Origin: Gemmatimonadales bacterium | GTDB lineage: Bacteria > Gemmatimonadota > Gemmatimonadetes > Gemmatimonadales > GWC2-71-9 | DNA length: 64,000 bases | Direction: 5' to 3' | Assembly (NCBI GenBank): GCA_035759585.1 | Contig: DASTUP010000187.1 | Location: forward strand, 36,157-100,156 | In this document: in pieces, positions 49,686-58,911 of the stretch | Layout of the letters: every line of letters begins with the position of its first letter | How positions within the stretch are numbered: position 1 is the stretch's first letter | Program-made: the position numbers and the translations under genes | The notes under the pieces: model-generated | Told to the model about the DNA's origin: nothing | Database searches by the model: none | What the model saw: only the letters and a program-made list of their open reading frames with translations

Positions 49686-50854
49686 ACATCCTCCACGGCA
49701 TGGGCGGCGCGCAGAACCCCATCTGCATCGGCGCGGCCGCGACAGAGAGACTGGAGCGTCGCCACGGCATCCCGCGACGCAGGCGAGGTGAGACGCCCGG
49801 CGAGCCCGGCGAGCCATTCCCGCACATCGCCGCGCAGCCGCTCGCCGGGTCGCGCGAGGCGGCGGCGCAGGCCCCGGATGAGCAGGCCGACTGCTTCGTC
49901 GTGCCCGCGCGCCGCCGCGAGGGCGTTGGCCAGCGCACGCACATGCTCCAGCGCGCTGCGCCGCCGGCGCGAAATGACGTGCCGGGCGGGACCGAATCGC
50001 ACCGCGCTTGCGAAGAGCGCCAGGATGGACACGGCCGCGAGGTGGATCACTGCCCAGCCCCAGGGCGACGTGACGAGCCAGCTGCGCAAGGCGGCCAACA
50101 ACCCGCCCCCGGTGCCGAAGCCGTGATGATACTCGTCCACGATGAGCCGGGATGCCCGGCCTTCCACGAGACCGAGCGTGAATTCGCCCGCGCCCGTCTC
50201 CCGCAGAGCACGGTTCGTGAAAAGCCTGCCGTCGGCGACGAGCGTGACCGTTCCGCCCGAGTCGGGCATGAGCCGCATGGCGACGGGCGCGCCCTCGAGC
50301 GTGGCGAGCAATGTCTCTGCGCGTACTGCGATCGGCCCACACGCGACATCGGATCCATCGTCGAGCAGCGAACGGCGGCGCGCCACTGAATCCGGCAGAC
50401 GGGTGAGGACGCTCCAGACTTCGACCGTGTCGCCATGGATGATCGCATCCCGGCCGGGCACGGGAAGCGGAGCGTATCCATAACACGCCACGGCTGACGC
50501 CGTTCCGCTTCCAGCGAGGAGCAGCGAACCGCCCTGCGCCACCGCCCCGGAGAGCTCGAGGCCGTCCAGCGCGGAGAGATCTGCCGTCGGGTCGAGCACC
50601 ACATACGTCGTGCCGGAGTCGGCGGCGCCTGCGTCCGCGAGTTGACGCGTGCGGCTTCGGTGCCGGGTGACGCGAATCCCGAGCCGCTCCGCCCCTTCCG
50701 CAAAGCCGCGTGCGCCGAACGGACCCGCGAGGTAGGTCGAGCGTCGGAGGTCCTCATCCTCCGGCCGCGCGCCGCGCGTGCCGATGGCCGTGACGATGAG
50801 CCCGAGGATCGTCACGATCCCCACCGCGAGGGCGAGCTCAGTGCGCGGGCGCAT
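49664..50854 (-). CDS. DUF4350-like membrane-anchored protein
   Basis: About 396 aa from ATG 50854 (MRPRTELALAVGIVTILGLIVTAIG). Contains STYLAGPFGARGFAEGAERLGIRV. A second TM segment lies near residue 270. Family call is from memory of the MoxR/DUF58 neighbourhood. Confidence 0.6.
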   Translation of the reverse strand: MRPRTELALAVGIVTILGLIVTAIGTRGARPEDEDLRRSTYLAGPFGARGFAEGAERLGIRVTRHRSRTRQLADAGAADSGTTYVVLDPTADLSALDGLELSGAVAQGGSLLLAGSGTASAVACYGYAPLPVPGRDAIIHGDTVEVWSVLTRLPDSVARRRSLLDDGSDVACGPIAVRAETLLATLEGAPVAMRLMPDSGGTVTLVADGRLFTNRALRETGAGEFTLGLVEGRASRLIVDEYHHGFGTGGGLLAALRSWLVTSPWGWAVIHLAAVSILALFASAVRFGPARHVISRRRRSALEHVRALANALAAARGHDEAVGLLIRGLRRRLARPGERLRGDVREWLAGLAGRLTSPASRDAVATLQSLCRGRADADGVLRAAHAVEDVWQDLKP

Positions 50855-51449
50855 GCCACTCTCGCGCAGCCAGCTCCCGCCATGCCGCATACTCCGCGGC
50901 CCCGCAGCCGGCGCCGCCGAATGCGCAGGAATAGAGCATGCTCACGAGCGACCGGAGCCGATGCCCGTCCTCGGGCGCCACGCGGGCCTCGCGGCTGCAC
51001 TCGGCCGGGGTCTTGCCCGGGTGGTACCGAAGGAGTCCCCGATCTTCGAGCGTCAGCGCCACCCCGACGAAGGCGAGCTGCAGCGCTTCACCGAAGCGGC
51101 CTTCGGTGGCGGCACGGTCGCCGGCCGCGAAGTACCACGCCGCATTCCTGCGGACGGCCGGCGCCACCGCGGCGGCGCCGGATGCGACGACGCTCGCGCC
51201 CCGAACGGTCCGCACGAGGAGCCAGACCGCATGGCCGAGTATGGCCAGCAGCACCAGCACGAGGCCGGCGACGAGCAGTCGGAACAGGAGCGGGTTCGCC
51301 TGCTGGAGCGACGCGAGCCACTCGAGGAGGCGGCGCCAGTACCGCACGATCGCGGCACCCGTTTCGTCCTCGGGCCGCCATGCGTACACGCTCGACGCGA
51401 AGACCGAGTCGAGGACGGTGCGGAGCGAGTCGGGTGCCGCCTGGAGCAT
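50838..51449 (-). CDS. DUF4129-like membrane protein
   Basis: 203 aa. Central TM LLFRLLVAGLVLVLLAILGHAVWLLV. C-terminal HPGKTPAECSRE...LYSCAFGG pattern. Confidence 0.6.
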   Translation of the reverse strand: MLQAAPDSLRTVLDSVFASSVYAWRPEDETGAAIVRYWRRLLEWLASLQQANPLLFRLLVAGLVLVLLAILGHAVWLLVRTVRGASVVASGAAAVAPAVRRNAAWYFAAGDRAATEGRFGEALQLAFVGVALTLEDRGLLRYHPGKTPAECSREARVAPEDGHRLRSLVSMLYSCAFGGAGCGAAEYAAWRELAAREWHAPAH

Positions 51450-52306
51450 CAGGAAACGGCCGGCAGCTCGGAGGCGAGGACCTCGAGGTCGTATCCTTCC
51501 TTCCGCACCCGCAGGTCGTAGTAGAGAAGGGTCAGCACGCAGTAGAGCAGCGGCGTGATGATGAGGGAAACGACGCCGATGATCGCGGTGAAGATCACGG
51601 TGGTGGTGCGGGACTCACCGCTGCCGAACATGCCGCCGATGATCCCCAGCGCGAACATCGGGATCAGCACGATGATCATCACCACGAAGAGGAGACCCAC
51701 GACCCGCAGCCGGAACCCCTTGGTGAGGTGCCAGGAACGGCTCATCGCCTTTCCTGCGCCGATGCTCTCGAGCACGAGTGCGGGAGTCGCGATCGAAAGG
51801 CCGGAGAAGACCGCAAAGGGAACGGCCAGCAGCGCCAGTCCCAGGAGCACGAGGAGCGCGCCGCCACCGACGTTCCCCGCGCCTCCTTCGGTGCCGCCGA
51901 GCACGGCGAACGCACTCCCGGCCCCGATCACGAGGAGCGCCGGCAGCGCGGCAATGACCACGACGAGCCCGACGCCGATCGACAGCACCATCACGTCGCC
52001 GATGCGGGGCACGGCGCGCCGGAGCGCGTCTCCCGCGCCCAGGGGTCGGCCGAGGTAGTTCTCCGAAATGATGTAGGCGGTCGCCGCGCTGGCGAGCGAG
52101 CCGAGGACGAACGCAATCAGGTAGGTCGCGAAGGTGCCGAGCGCGCTCGTGGAATCGCTCGCGGCGGCATAGAGGTTGAGGAGGAGCGGGAGGGTGGACG
52201 TGATGATCTGCACTACGACGAGCGGCACGAAGAGCTGCCGGAAGAGGCCGAACGCATGGTCCAGGATCTCTCCCATTGCCAGCGGCCTCAGCGTCACTGC
52301 GGTCAT
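51449..52306 (-). CDS. Polytopic membrane protein, unknown function
   Basis: 285 aa from ATG 52306 (SD GAGGAG). Six to seven hydrophobic segments. Ends YYDLRVRKEGYDLEVLA. Overlaps the DUF4129 start by 1 nt. Confidence 0.7.
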   Translation of the reverse strand: MTAVTLRPLAMGEILDHAFGLFRQLFVPLVVVQIITSTLPLLLNLYAAASDSTSALGTFATYLIAFVLGSLASAATAYIISENYLGRPLGAGDALRRAVPRIGDVMVLSIGVGLVVVIAALPALLVIGAGSAFAVLGGTEGGAGNVGGGALLVLLGLALLAVPFAVFSGLSIATPALVLESIGAGKAMSRSWHLTKGFRLRVVGLLFVVMIIVLIPMFALGIIGGMFGSGESRTTTVIFTAIIGVVSLIITPLLYCVLTLLYYDLRVRKEGYDLEVLASELPAVS

Positions 52307-52339
52307 CGGGATCTCCTCGCCTTGGTAGTCGGTTCCGAT

Positions 52340-52368
52340 TTGGACTTCCGCTCGAGCCATCATAGTAT
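52340..52368 (+). promoter_or_regulatory. Putative leaderless promoter of the RDD/SpoIIM gene
   Basis: TTGGAC (52340..52345) - 17 nt - TAGTAT (52363..52368) - 6 nt - ATG 52375. Confidence 0.4.
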
Positions 52369-52374
52369 CGCTGC

Positions 52375-54159
52375 ATGCCAGCCCTGCAATCCGGTCCACG
52401 GGACCTTCGCCAGCACCTCGAGGTCGAGACCCCGGAGCACGTCACCCTCGACTACGAGATTGCCGGGCTCGGATCGCGCGCGGCCGCGGCACTCCTCGAT
52501 TTCCTGATCCTCGGCGGCCTCGCGATGGCGGGGACGCTGCTTCTCGTCCTGCTCGCGCGCGCCGGCTTTTCACCCGGCCGGCTCGGCAGCGCCGTGATCC
52601 TCATGATCGGCTTCGGCGCCTGGTACGGCTATTTCACCTTCTTCGAAGGTCTCCGGAGCGGGCAGACGCCCGGCAAGCGCGCGCTCGGACTCCGCGTGGT
52701 GTCCGACACCGGACACGCAGTGACGCTCGGCGCCGCAGCGGTGCGCAATCTCCTTCGCCTCGCCGACTTTCTTCCTCCTCCCTACCTCACCGGTGCCGTG
52801 CTCGTGGCGCTGCATCCGCGAGCCAAGCGTATCGGGGACATGGTCGCCGGGACCGTCGTCGTCCGGGACCGGCCGGAAGAGCGCCATGCCGTGGTCGCGG
52901 CGGGCGCGGACGACGCCCCCCTCGTGGCGCCTGCGCTCGCCGAGGAGGAATTCCGGCTTCTCGGCAGCTTCGCTGCCCGCGCCGGGGAGCTTCCGCCCGA
53001 GGCGCGGCTTCGCCTTGCCAGCGGCCTCGCCAACCGGCTGGCCGCAGCCCTGTCGGAGCACGACGCCCGGCCGTCCGAGGATCCCGTCGAAGCGCTCCTC
53101 GCGCTGCATGCCTCCGAGGTGGATCGGCGGCGCGGAAAGCTTGCGTCCCGTGGCGCCGCCATCGGCGGGCTCGCGGACCAGCTCGCCGCGCGCCAGCGCG
53201 AGCGGTGGGACGAGTTCGAGGTGCTGGCCCGGCGCGCCTCGGTGCGCGGGCTCGAATCGCTGGCGCCTTCGGAGCTGCCGGATTTTGCCGCGCGCTATCG
53301 TGAGATCGCCGCCGACCTCGCACGGCTCCGGACCTACCGCGGCGCGCCCACCGTCATCCGGCGCGTCGAGCGACTCGTCGCCGCCGGGCACAACGCGCTC
53401 TATCGCGGCGAGAGCCAGGGACTCGGCGGCATCTGGCGGGTCCTCGCCCGCGAATGTCCCGGCGCGGTCATCGCGGCGCGCGCGTACGTTCTCGTGGCGT
53501 TCCTCGCATTCATCCTTCCAGGGGCGGTCGGATTCCGCCTGCTGCGGGAGCGACCGGAGATCGCGGCCGAAGTGCTGCCGGATGCGCTGCTCGAGCGCGC
53601 GGAGGTCGGCGCGGGGCGGCGGACGGCTGGAGAAGGGTTCGTCGAAGTCGAGCCGGGGGCTCGCCCGCTCGCCGCTTCCGGCATCATCGCCAACAACGTC
53701 CGCGTCGCGTTCTACTGCTTTGCGGGCGGCGCGTTCCTCGGCATCGGCTCGCTCTTCCTCCTCGCCTTCAACGGGCTGCAGCTGGGCGCGACGGCCGGGC
53801 ACTTCACGAATGTCGGCCTGCTCGGCTACCTCTCGCAGTTCATCCTTGGCCACGGCGCCCTCGAGCTCTTTGCCATCTGGGTCGCCGGGGCGGCCGGATT
53901 CCTGCTCGGGACGGCGATTCTCGCTCCAGGCGATCTCGCGCGCAGCGATGCGCTGGTGCTCGCAGGACGGCGGGCGATCCGCATGGTCGGCGCCGCCGTC
54001 ACCTGCCTCGTGGTGGCCGGGGTGATCGAAGGATTCGTCTCGACGAGCGAGCTCGGGTGGGTGGGACGTGCGGCGGCGAGCGCCATGAGCCTGCTCTTTC
54101 TGGCCGCCTACCTCGCCGCCGGAGCGCTCCACGAGCTGCGCGGACGGCGGACCTACTGA
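52375..54159 (+). CDS. Fusion membrane protein: N-terminal RDD domain + C-terminal SpoIIM/DUF95-like domain
   Basis: 594 aa. RDD part is AGLGSRAAAALLDFLILG...GQTPGKRALGLRVV...RIGDMVAGTVVV. C-terminal part is FYCFAGGAFLGIGSLFLLAFNGLQLG...ILGHGALELFAIWVAGAAG. Confidence 0.75.
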   Translation: MPALQSGPRDLRQHLEVETPEHVTLDYEIAGLGSRAAAALLDFLILGGLAMAGTLLLVLLARAGFSPGRLGSAVILMIGFGAWYGYFTFFEGLRSGQTPGKRALGLRVVSDTGHAVTLGAAAVRNLLRLADFLPPPYLTGAVLVALHPRAKRIGDMVAGTVVVRDRPEERHAVVAAGADDAPLVAPALAEEEFRLLGSFAARAGELPPEARLRLASGLANRLAAALSEHDARPSEDPVEALLALHASEVDRRRGKLASRGAAIGGLADQLAARQRERWDEFEVLARRASVRGLESLAPSELPDFAARYREIAADLARLRTYRGAPTVIRRVERLVAAGHNALYRGESQGLGGIWRVLARECPGAVIAARAYVLVAFLAFILPGAVGFRLLRERPEIAAEVLPDALLERAEVGAGRRTAGEGFVEVEPGARPLAASGIIANNVRVAFYCFAGGAFLGIGSLFLLAFNGLQLGATAGHFTNVGLLGYLSQFILGHGALELFAIWVAGAAGFLLGTAILAPGDLARSDALVLAGRRAIRMVGAAVTCLVVAGVIEGFVSTSELGWVGRAAASAMSLLFLAAYLAAGALHELRGRRTY

Positions 54160-54338
54160 GTCTCGCGCAGCAGTGTCCGCATGCGGATGGCAAGGCCTTC
54201 GATCTCGCGGAGGCCAGCCACCGTCTCGGCGTCGATCTGCGCTTCGTTGAGCAGGAGCAGCTGCGTCTCGGCGAGCAGTGCTGACAGCGGGTTGGACAGA
54301 TCGTGGCGGAGCTTGCTGATGCGATCAGGTTCGGTCAT
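54153..54338 (-). CDS. Stand-alone histidine-kinase DHp (HisKA H-box) mini-protein
   Basis: 61 aa. ISKLRHDLSNPLSALLAETQLL matches the H-box pattern (xHDLxNPLxAI). Two predicted helices and no catalytic domain. High GC3. Confidence 0.6.
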   Translation of the reverse strand: MTEPDRISKLRHDLSNPLSALLAETQLLLLNEAQIDAETVAGLREIEGLAIRMRTLLRETQ

Positions 54339-54347
54339 GCGGTTCCC

Positions 54348-54635
54348 TCAGCTGAGCGACCGGAACAGATCGCGAAAATGATGCTCGCGCAGGCGCTGCA
54401 CGCCCTGCCAGAGTTCGTCCTCGGTGTCCCCGCAGAAGATCTCCGCAGTTTCCCTGGCCGCGAGCGGCTCGGCGGTCTCCACGAAGCTCAGCCGCCCCCG
54501 CCACGCGCCATCCTCGGCGAGCCGGACGGTCAGCGACACGGTGATCTCGCGGTCGGCGATCCGCAGCGGGTCGAGCAGGTGTGACACCGGCTCGCGCGGA
54601 TCGCGCGCAGGCGTGCGCACGCTCTGCAGATTCAT
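54348..54635 (-). CDS. Hypothetical protein (no family recognised)
   Basis: 95 aa. SD GGAGG 8 nt upstream. Only 12 of 95 codons end in A/T. Lies 9 nt upstream of the DHp mini-gene. Confidence 0.6.
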   Translation of the reverse strand: MNLQSVRTPARDPREPVSHLLDPLRIADREITVSLTVRLAEDGAWRGRLSFVETAEPLAARETAEIFCGDTEDELWQGVQRLREHHFRDLFRSLS

Positions 54636-54746
54636 CAGCGCGCCTCCAGCTTCGGTGACGTTCAGGGGAATCCCGCGTGCGGCGGGACATGGTACAACAT
54701 GATGAACGCGCTGGTGCGACGCAATCCTTCCTCGGCCACCGCGCGC

Positions 54747-55853
54747 TCAGACGCGGAACGGCGCCGGCACGAAGGTCAGCGCGAACACGGCGACGCAGGC
54801 CCACGCGATCCACCGGCGATTCTGCGGCACCGGCCGCTCCGGCGCGACGACCGACGGATGCGTCCAGCGCCCGCCCCCCACCAGCAGCGCGACGAGGGCC
54901 CAGATCCACCAGCTCGCCGAAAAGAATCCGAGCACGAAGAGCCCGAGCAGTGCGAGACATCCGATGCCCGTCTGCCGCCTGCCCGCGAGCGCATACAGCA
55001 CGTGCCCGCCGTCCAGCTGGCTCAGCGGCATGAGATTGAGCCCCGTCACGAATGCGCCGACCCACCCGGCGAACGCGGGGAGACTCAGCGCAACGGCTGC
55101 CGCGTCGGGAAAGAACCAGCGACGGAGTCCCCAGGTGAGGAGGGAATCGCCGAGATAGATCTGCCGGCCGGCGAAGGTGACGAACTCGCCCGGCGTCTCT
55201 GCGCCGAGCGAGAGCCCCTCGGAGATCGAGTAACCCCAGACCAGCACCGCAACGGCCACGACGAACCCCGCGAGGGGCCCTGCGGCCCCGACGTCGAGCA
55301 GCTGGCGGCGATCGAGAACGGGCGTGCGAATGCGAAGGAAGGCGCCGAGACTCCCGATCGGGGAGAGAGTCGGCGGCACGGGAAGGAAGAATGGCGGCGA
55401 TGCGTCGATGGCATGGCGGCGCGCCGCGAAATAGTGCCCCAGCTCGTGAACGAGCAGGATACCGAGGAGGGGAAAGGCGAACGACGAGCCGGCGAGGATC
55501 TCCCGCCACCCGCCGCCGGCGACATCGGTAAAGAAGCCGAGCGCCGCCGCCACGGTCCCGGCAAATGGCCCGAGATGCCGCGGCGGCGTGGGCGGGAACC
55601 AGTCCCCCGCGAGCGCCGCCCCGGCTCCGAGCGCGCAGAGGACGGTGAGGAGCGCCAGGACGGCGTGCAGGAGCCATCGCTCCTGCGGCTCCGGCTCGAC
55701 CGGGTGAATCAGGACGAGGCCGGTTCGCTCGGCATCGGACCAGTAGTGCGCGCCCCGCCACCGGCGAAGCTCGGCGCGGAGTGCGGGCGAGGGCCCGCGG
55801 TGCGCGGGCGCCACGACCGCGTCCACGACCTCCCGGCTCCCCAGGCGCACCAC
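54747..55853 (-). CDS. Site-2 protease family (M50) membrane metalloprotease
   Basis: 368 aa. Contains LLVHELGHYFAARRH (HExxH) inside a TM segment and LDGGHVLYAL. Confidence 0.85.
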   Translation of the reverse strand: MVRLGSREVVDAVVAPAHRGPSPALRAELRRWRGAHYWSDAERTGLVLIHPVEPEPQERWLLHAVLALLTVLCALGAGAALAGDWFPPTPPRHLGPFAGTVAAALGFFTDVAGGGWREILAGSSFAFPLLGILLVHELGHYFAARRHAIDASPPFFLPVPPTLSPIGSLGAFLRIRTPVLDRRQLLDVGAAGPLAGFVVAVAVLVWGYSISEGLSLGAETPGEFVTFAGRQIYLGDSLLTWGLRRWFFPDAAAVALSLPAFAGWVGAFVTGLNLMPLSQLDGGHVLYALAGRRQTGIGCLALLGLFVLGFFSASWWIWALVALLVGGGRWTHPSVVAPERPVPQNRRWIAWACVAVFALTFVPAPFRV

Positions 55854-55925
55854 GCGCCATGCTTCGAATGCGAACGTCAGGTCTTCCAGGCGGGCTCCCT
55901 GGCGGGGTGCCGGGAGGGATTCCTC

Positions 55926-55954
55926 TTGACGGACGATAGGGCCCCCTCTAGCTT
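55926..55954 (+). promoter_or_regulatory. Putative rho promoter
   Basis: TTGACG (55926..55931) - 17 nt - TAGCTT (55949..55954). It predicts a ~180-nt leader. Confidence 0.4.
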
Positions 55955-55980
55955 CTCACCTTGCTTGCCGGTCGCGCCGC

Positions 55981-56139
55981 GGCCTCACGCCTCCAGAACC
56001 CGCACGCTCTGCGCCTCCGGAACTCCCCAGCAGATAACGATCCGCCGAGTCATCGACGATCCGCACACATACCAGGTCCAGTTCCCACTCCACCCACCGG
56101 CCCCGTCGATCGGCGGCCGACCCGCTCGGAGCTCCCTCC
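55981..56139 (+). promoter_or_regulatory. C-rich, G-poor rho leader (rut-like autoregulatory candidate)
   Basis: Hand count for 55981..56100: C 54, G 24, A 26, T 16 of 120 nt on the rho-sense strand. Confidence 0.45.
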
Positions 56140-57387
56140 GTGGATATCGCTGAACTGAAGCAGAAGTCCGTCGCGGAACTGCATTCGTTGGCTGAAGAGC
56201 TGAACATCACCAACTATTCAGGCCTCCGCAAGCAGGACCTCATCTTCAAGATCGAGCAGTCGCTCCTCGACAAGGATACGGTCATCCGGGGCGAGGGTGT
56301 GCTCGAAATCCTGCCGGAGGGCTACGGCTTCCTGCGCAGCCAGGACTGGAACTACCTGTACGGCCCCGACGACATCTACGTGAGCCCGAGCCAGATCAAG
56401 CGATTCGATCTGCGCACCGGGGACACGGTGATGGGCCAGGTCCGTCCGCCCAAGGAAGGCGAGCGCTACCTCGCGCTCCTCAAGGTGGAGCAGGTCAATT
56501 TCGAGGAGCCGGAGAAGACCAAGCACCGGATCGGCTTCGACAACCTGAAGCCGCGCTATCCGGACGGCCGGATCCGCCTCGAGCGGAAGACGGGGGACCT
56601 GTCGATGCGCGTCGTCGACCTCCTCTCGCCGATCGGCAAGGGCCAGCGCGGTCTCATCGTGGCTCCCCCGAAAGCCGGCACGACGATCCTCATGCAGAAG
56701 CTCGCCAACGCCATCTCGGAGAATCACCCCGAGATCGTGCTGATCGTGCTGCTCATCGACGAGCGCCCCGAGGAAGTGACCGACATGGAGGAGAACGTCA
56801 AGGCGGAGGTCATCTCCTCCACCTTCGACGAGCCCGCAGACCGCCACGTGCAGGTGGCCGACATGGTCATCGAGAAGGCCAAGCGCCTCGTCGAGCACGG
56901 GCGCGATGTGGTCATCCTGCTCGACTCCATTACCCGCCTCGCGCGCGCGCACAACGTCGTGGTGCCGCACTCGGGGAAGATCCTCTCCGGCGGCGTCGAC
57001 GCCAACGCATTGCAGAAGCCGAAGCGCTTCTTCGGCGCCGCGCGCAACATCGACAAGGGCGGCAGCCTCACGATCATCGCCACCGCCCTGATCGACACCG
57101 GCAGCCGCATGGACGAGGTCATCTTCGAGGAGTTCAAGGGCACCGGCAACATGGAGCTCGTGCTCGACCGCCGCCTCGCCGATCGCCGCATCTATCCCGC
57201 CATCGACATTCAGCGCACTTCCACACGCAAGGAAGAGCTCCTCATGGACAAGGACGAGCTCAACCGCGTGTACCTGCTGCGCAACTTTCTGGCGGACATG
57301 CCTCCCGTCGAAGCCCTGGAATTCCTCCTCGAGCGCATGAAGCGCACGAAGAACAACAAGGAATTCTTTGCCACCATGGCCCAGTAG
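56140..57387 (+). CDS. rho: Transcription termination factor Rho
   Basis: 415 aa, GTG start. Contains [21 protein letters not shown] (Walker A), [10 protein letters not shown] and [10 protein letters not shown]. Confidence 0.97.
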   Translation: MDIAELKQKSVAELHSLAEELNITNYSGLRKQDLIFKIEQSLLDKDTVIRGEGVLEILPEGYGFLRSQDWNYLYGPDDIYVSPSQIKRFDLRTGDTVMGQVRPPKEGERYLALLKVEQVNFEEPEKTKHRIGFDNLKPRYPDGRIRLERKTGDLSMRVVDLLSPIGKGQRGLIVAPPKAGTTILMQKLANAISENHPEIVLIVLLIDERPEEVTDMEENVKAEVISSTFDEPADRHVQVADMVIEKAKRLVEHGRDVVILLDSITRLARAHNVVVPHSGKILSGGVDANALQKPKRFFGAARNIDKGGSLTIIATALIDTGSRMDEVIFEEFKGTGNMELVLDRRLADRRIYPAIDIQRTSTRKEELLMDKDELNRVYLLRNFLADMPPVEALEFLLERMKRTKNNKEFFATMAQ

Positions 57388-57407
57388 GGGCGGCGCCCAC
57401 GCCGCCC
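57388..57407 (+). terminator. GC hairpin immediately after the rho stop
   Basis: GGGCGGCG-CCCA-CGCCGCCC (8-bp stem), followed by a C/T-rich tract with no clean U-run. Confidence 0.35.
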
Positions 57408-57484
57408 TCCCCCGCCCTCTGACAGGCTCAGCCGCCGCACCCGGACCACACTCCCATGCCACCCGCGGTCCGGGGAACCCCGCC

Positions 57485-57928
57485 ATGATCTCGCCCATTC
57501 CCCGCACCGGCCGCATCATCGCCGCCGACTGGGGCGAAGTCCGCATCGGGCTCGCGCTGAGCGACGAAACGCAGCTCCTCGCCTCTCCGCTCACCACGCT
57601 GACCCGCCGCGCCGGAAAGCGCTTCCCGATGCAGCGCTTTCTCGACCTGGTGACCGCGCACGCGCCCGTCGGGATCGTCGTCGGGCTGCCGCTCACCGGC
57701 GAGGGAGACGAGGGCGATTCCGCGCTGTCCGCGCGCGAGCTCGCCGACGCGATGGCCCGCCGCACCGGGCTGCCGCTGTACCTCCAGGACGAGCGGATGA
57801 GCAGCGCGCGCGCCCTCGGTGCGATCCGTGAACAGGGCGGGAGCACGCGCGGCCGCCGCGAGGATGTGGACTCGCTCGCGGCGGCCATCCTCCTGCAGCA
57901 GTTTCTCGACCGCCGGCGGAACGAGTAA
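57485..57928 (+). CDS. ruvX: Holliday junction resolvase-like / pre-16S rRNA nuclease RuvX (YqgF)
   Basis: 147 aa from ATG 57485. Contains RIIAADWGEVRIGLALSD...VGIVVGLPL...DERMSS...VDSLAAAILLQQFL. Confidence 0.9.
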   Translation: MISPIPRTGRIIAADWGEVRIGLALSDETQLLASPLTTLTRRAGKRFPMQRFLDLVTAHAPVGIVVGLPLTGEGDEGDSALSARELADAMARRTGLPLYLQDERMSSARALGAIREQGGSTRGRREDVDSLAAAILLQQFLDRRRNE

Positions 57929-58911
57929 TGCGACGATTCATGGCAATGCTCCTCCTGCTCGCCGGTTGCGGCGGCACCCCCGCGGCCGACGGCACGACCG
58001 AGCGCATCGTCGTGCCGCCCGGCGCCACGTTCGGCAACGTGCTCGACTCGCTCGAAGCGCACGACCTGATCGGCAGCCGGTTCTTCCTCAAGCTGCGGGC
58101 AAAGGTCACCGGCGCGGATCGCGCCGTGCATGCCGGCATCTACGAAATTCCGCGCGGCACCTCGCATTCAGGGATCCTGCGGCTCCTCGGCCAGGGACAG
58201 CAGCTCGAAGTGCGGTTCACGGTTCCGGAAGGGCTGACGATCGGCGACATCGCCGAGCTGGCGGAAACGCGGCTCGGCATTCCCGCAGACTCGTTCATCG
58301 CCGCCGCACGCGATTCCCTGCTCGCCGATTCGCTGGGGATCGCCGTTCCGTCGTTCGAGGGCTTCCTGCGGCCCGACACGTATCAGCTCCCCTCCGACAT
58401 CACGGCACGGGCGCTCGTGCGCCGGCTCGCGCATGAATTCCTGCAGGTCTGGAAGCCGGAATGGGATGCGCGCCTGGATACGCTCGACATGACTCGAGCG
58501 GAGCTGCTGGCCCTCGCGTCGATCGTCGAGGGCGAAGCGCGCGTGGATGAGGAGCGGGAAGTGATCGCCGGCGTGTATCACAACCGCCTGCGAATCGGGA
58601 TGGCGCTCCAGGCGGACCCGACGGTGCAGTACGCGATCATGCTCCGCACCGGCGAGCGGAAGAAGCGGCTGTACGAGAAGGACTACGGGTTCGAATCGCC
58701 GTACAACACGTACCTGCATCCCGGCCTGCCGCCGGGGCCCGTCAACTCGCCCGGACGGCGAAGCATCGAGGCCGCCCTGTATCCCGACACCGTGCCGTAT
58801 CTCTTCTTCGTCGCCCGGCCGGACGGGCGCCACGTCTTTACCCGCACCTATCGCGAGCACCTGCGCGCCGTGGCCGATTCGCGACGGGCGCGCGCCGCCT
58901 CAGGGGAATAG
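57928..58911 (+). CDS. mltG: Endolytic murein transglycosylase MltG (YceG-like)
   Basis: 327 aa. Lipobox LLLLAGCGG. Contains FTVPEGLTIGDIA, ASIVEGEA, VYHNRL, LQADPTVQY, YNTYLHPGLPPGPVNSPG and FFVA. TAATG overlap with ruvX. Confidence 0.9.
   Translation: MRRFMAMLLLLAGCGGTPAADGTTERIVVPPGATFGNVLDSLEAHDLIGSRFFLKLRAKVTGADRAVHAGIYEIPRGTSHSGILRLLGQGQQLEVRFTVPEGLTIGDIAELAETRLGIPADSFIAAARDSLLADSLGIAVPSFEGFLRPDTYQLPSDITARALVRRLAHEFLQVWKPEWDARLDTLDMTRAELLALASIVEGEARVDEEREVIAGVYHNRLRIGMALQADPTVQYAIMLRTGERKKRLYEKDYGFESPYNTYLHPGLPPGPVNSPGRRSIEAALYPDTVPYLFFVARPDGRHVFTRTYREHLRAVADSRRARAASGE

Noticed and set aside
56218-58167. 649-aa minus-strand ORF antisense to rho, ruvX and the mltG start
   Set aside because: It lies opposite three well-supported housekeeping genes, has no domain-like sequence, and spans intergenic regions.
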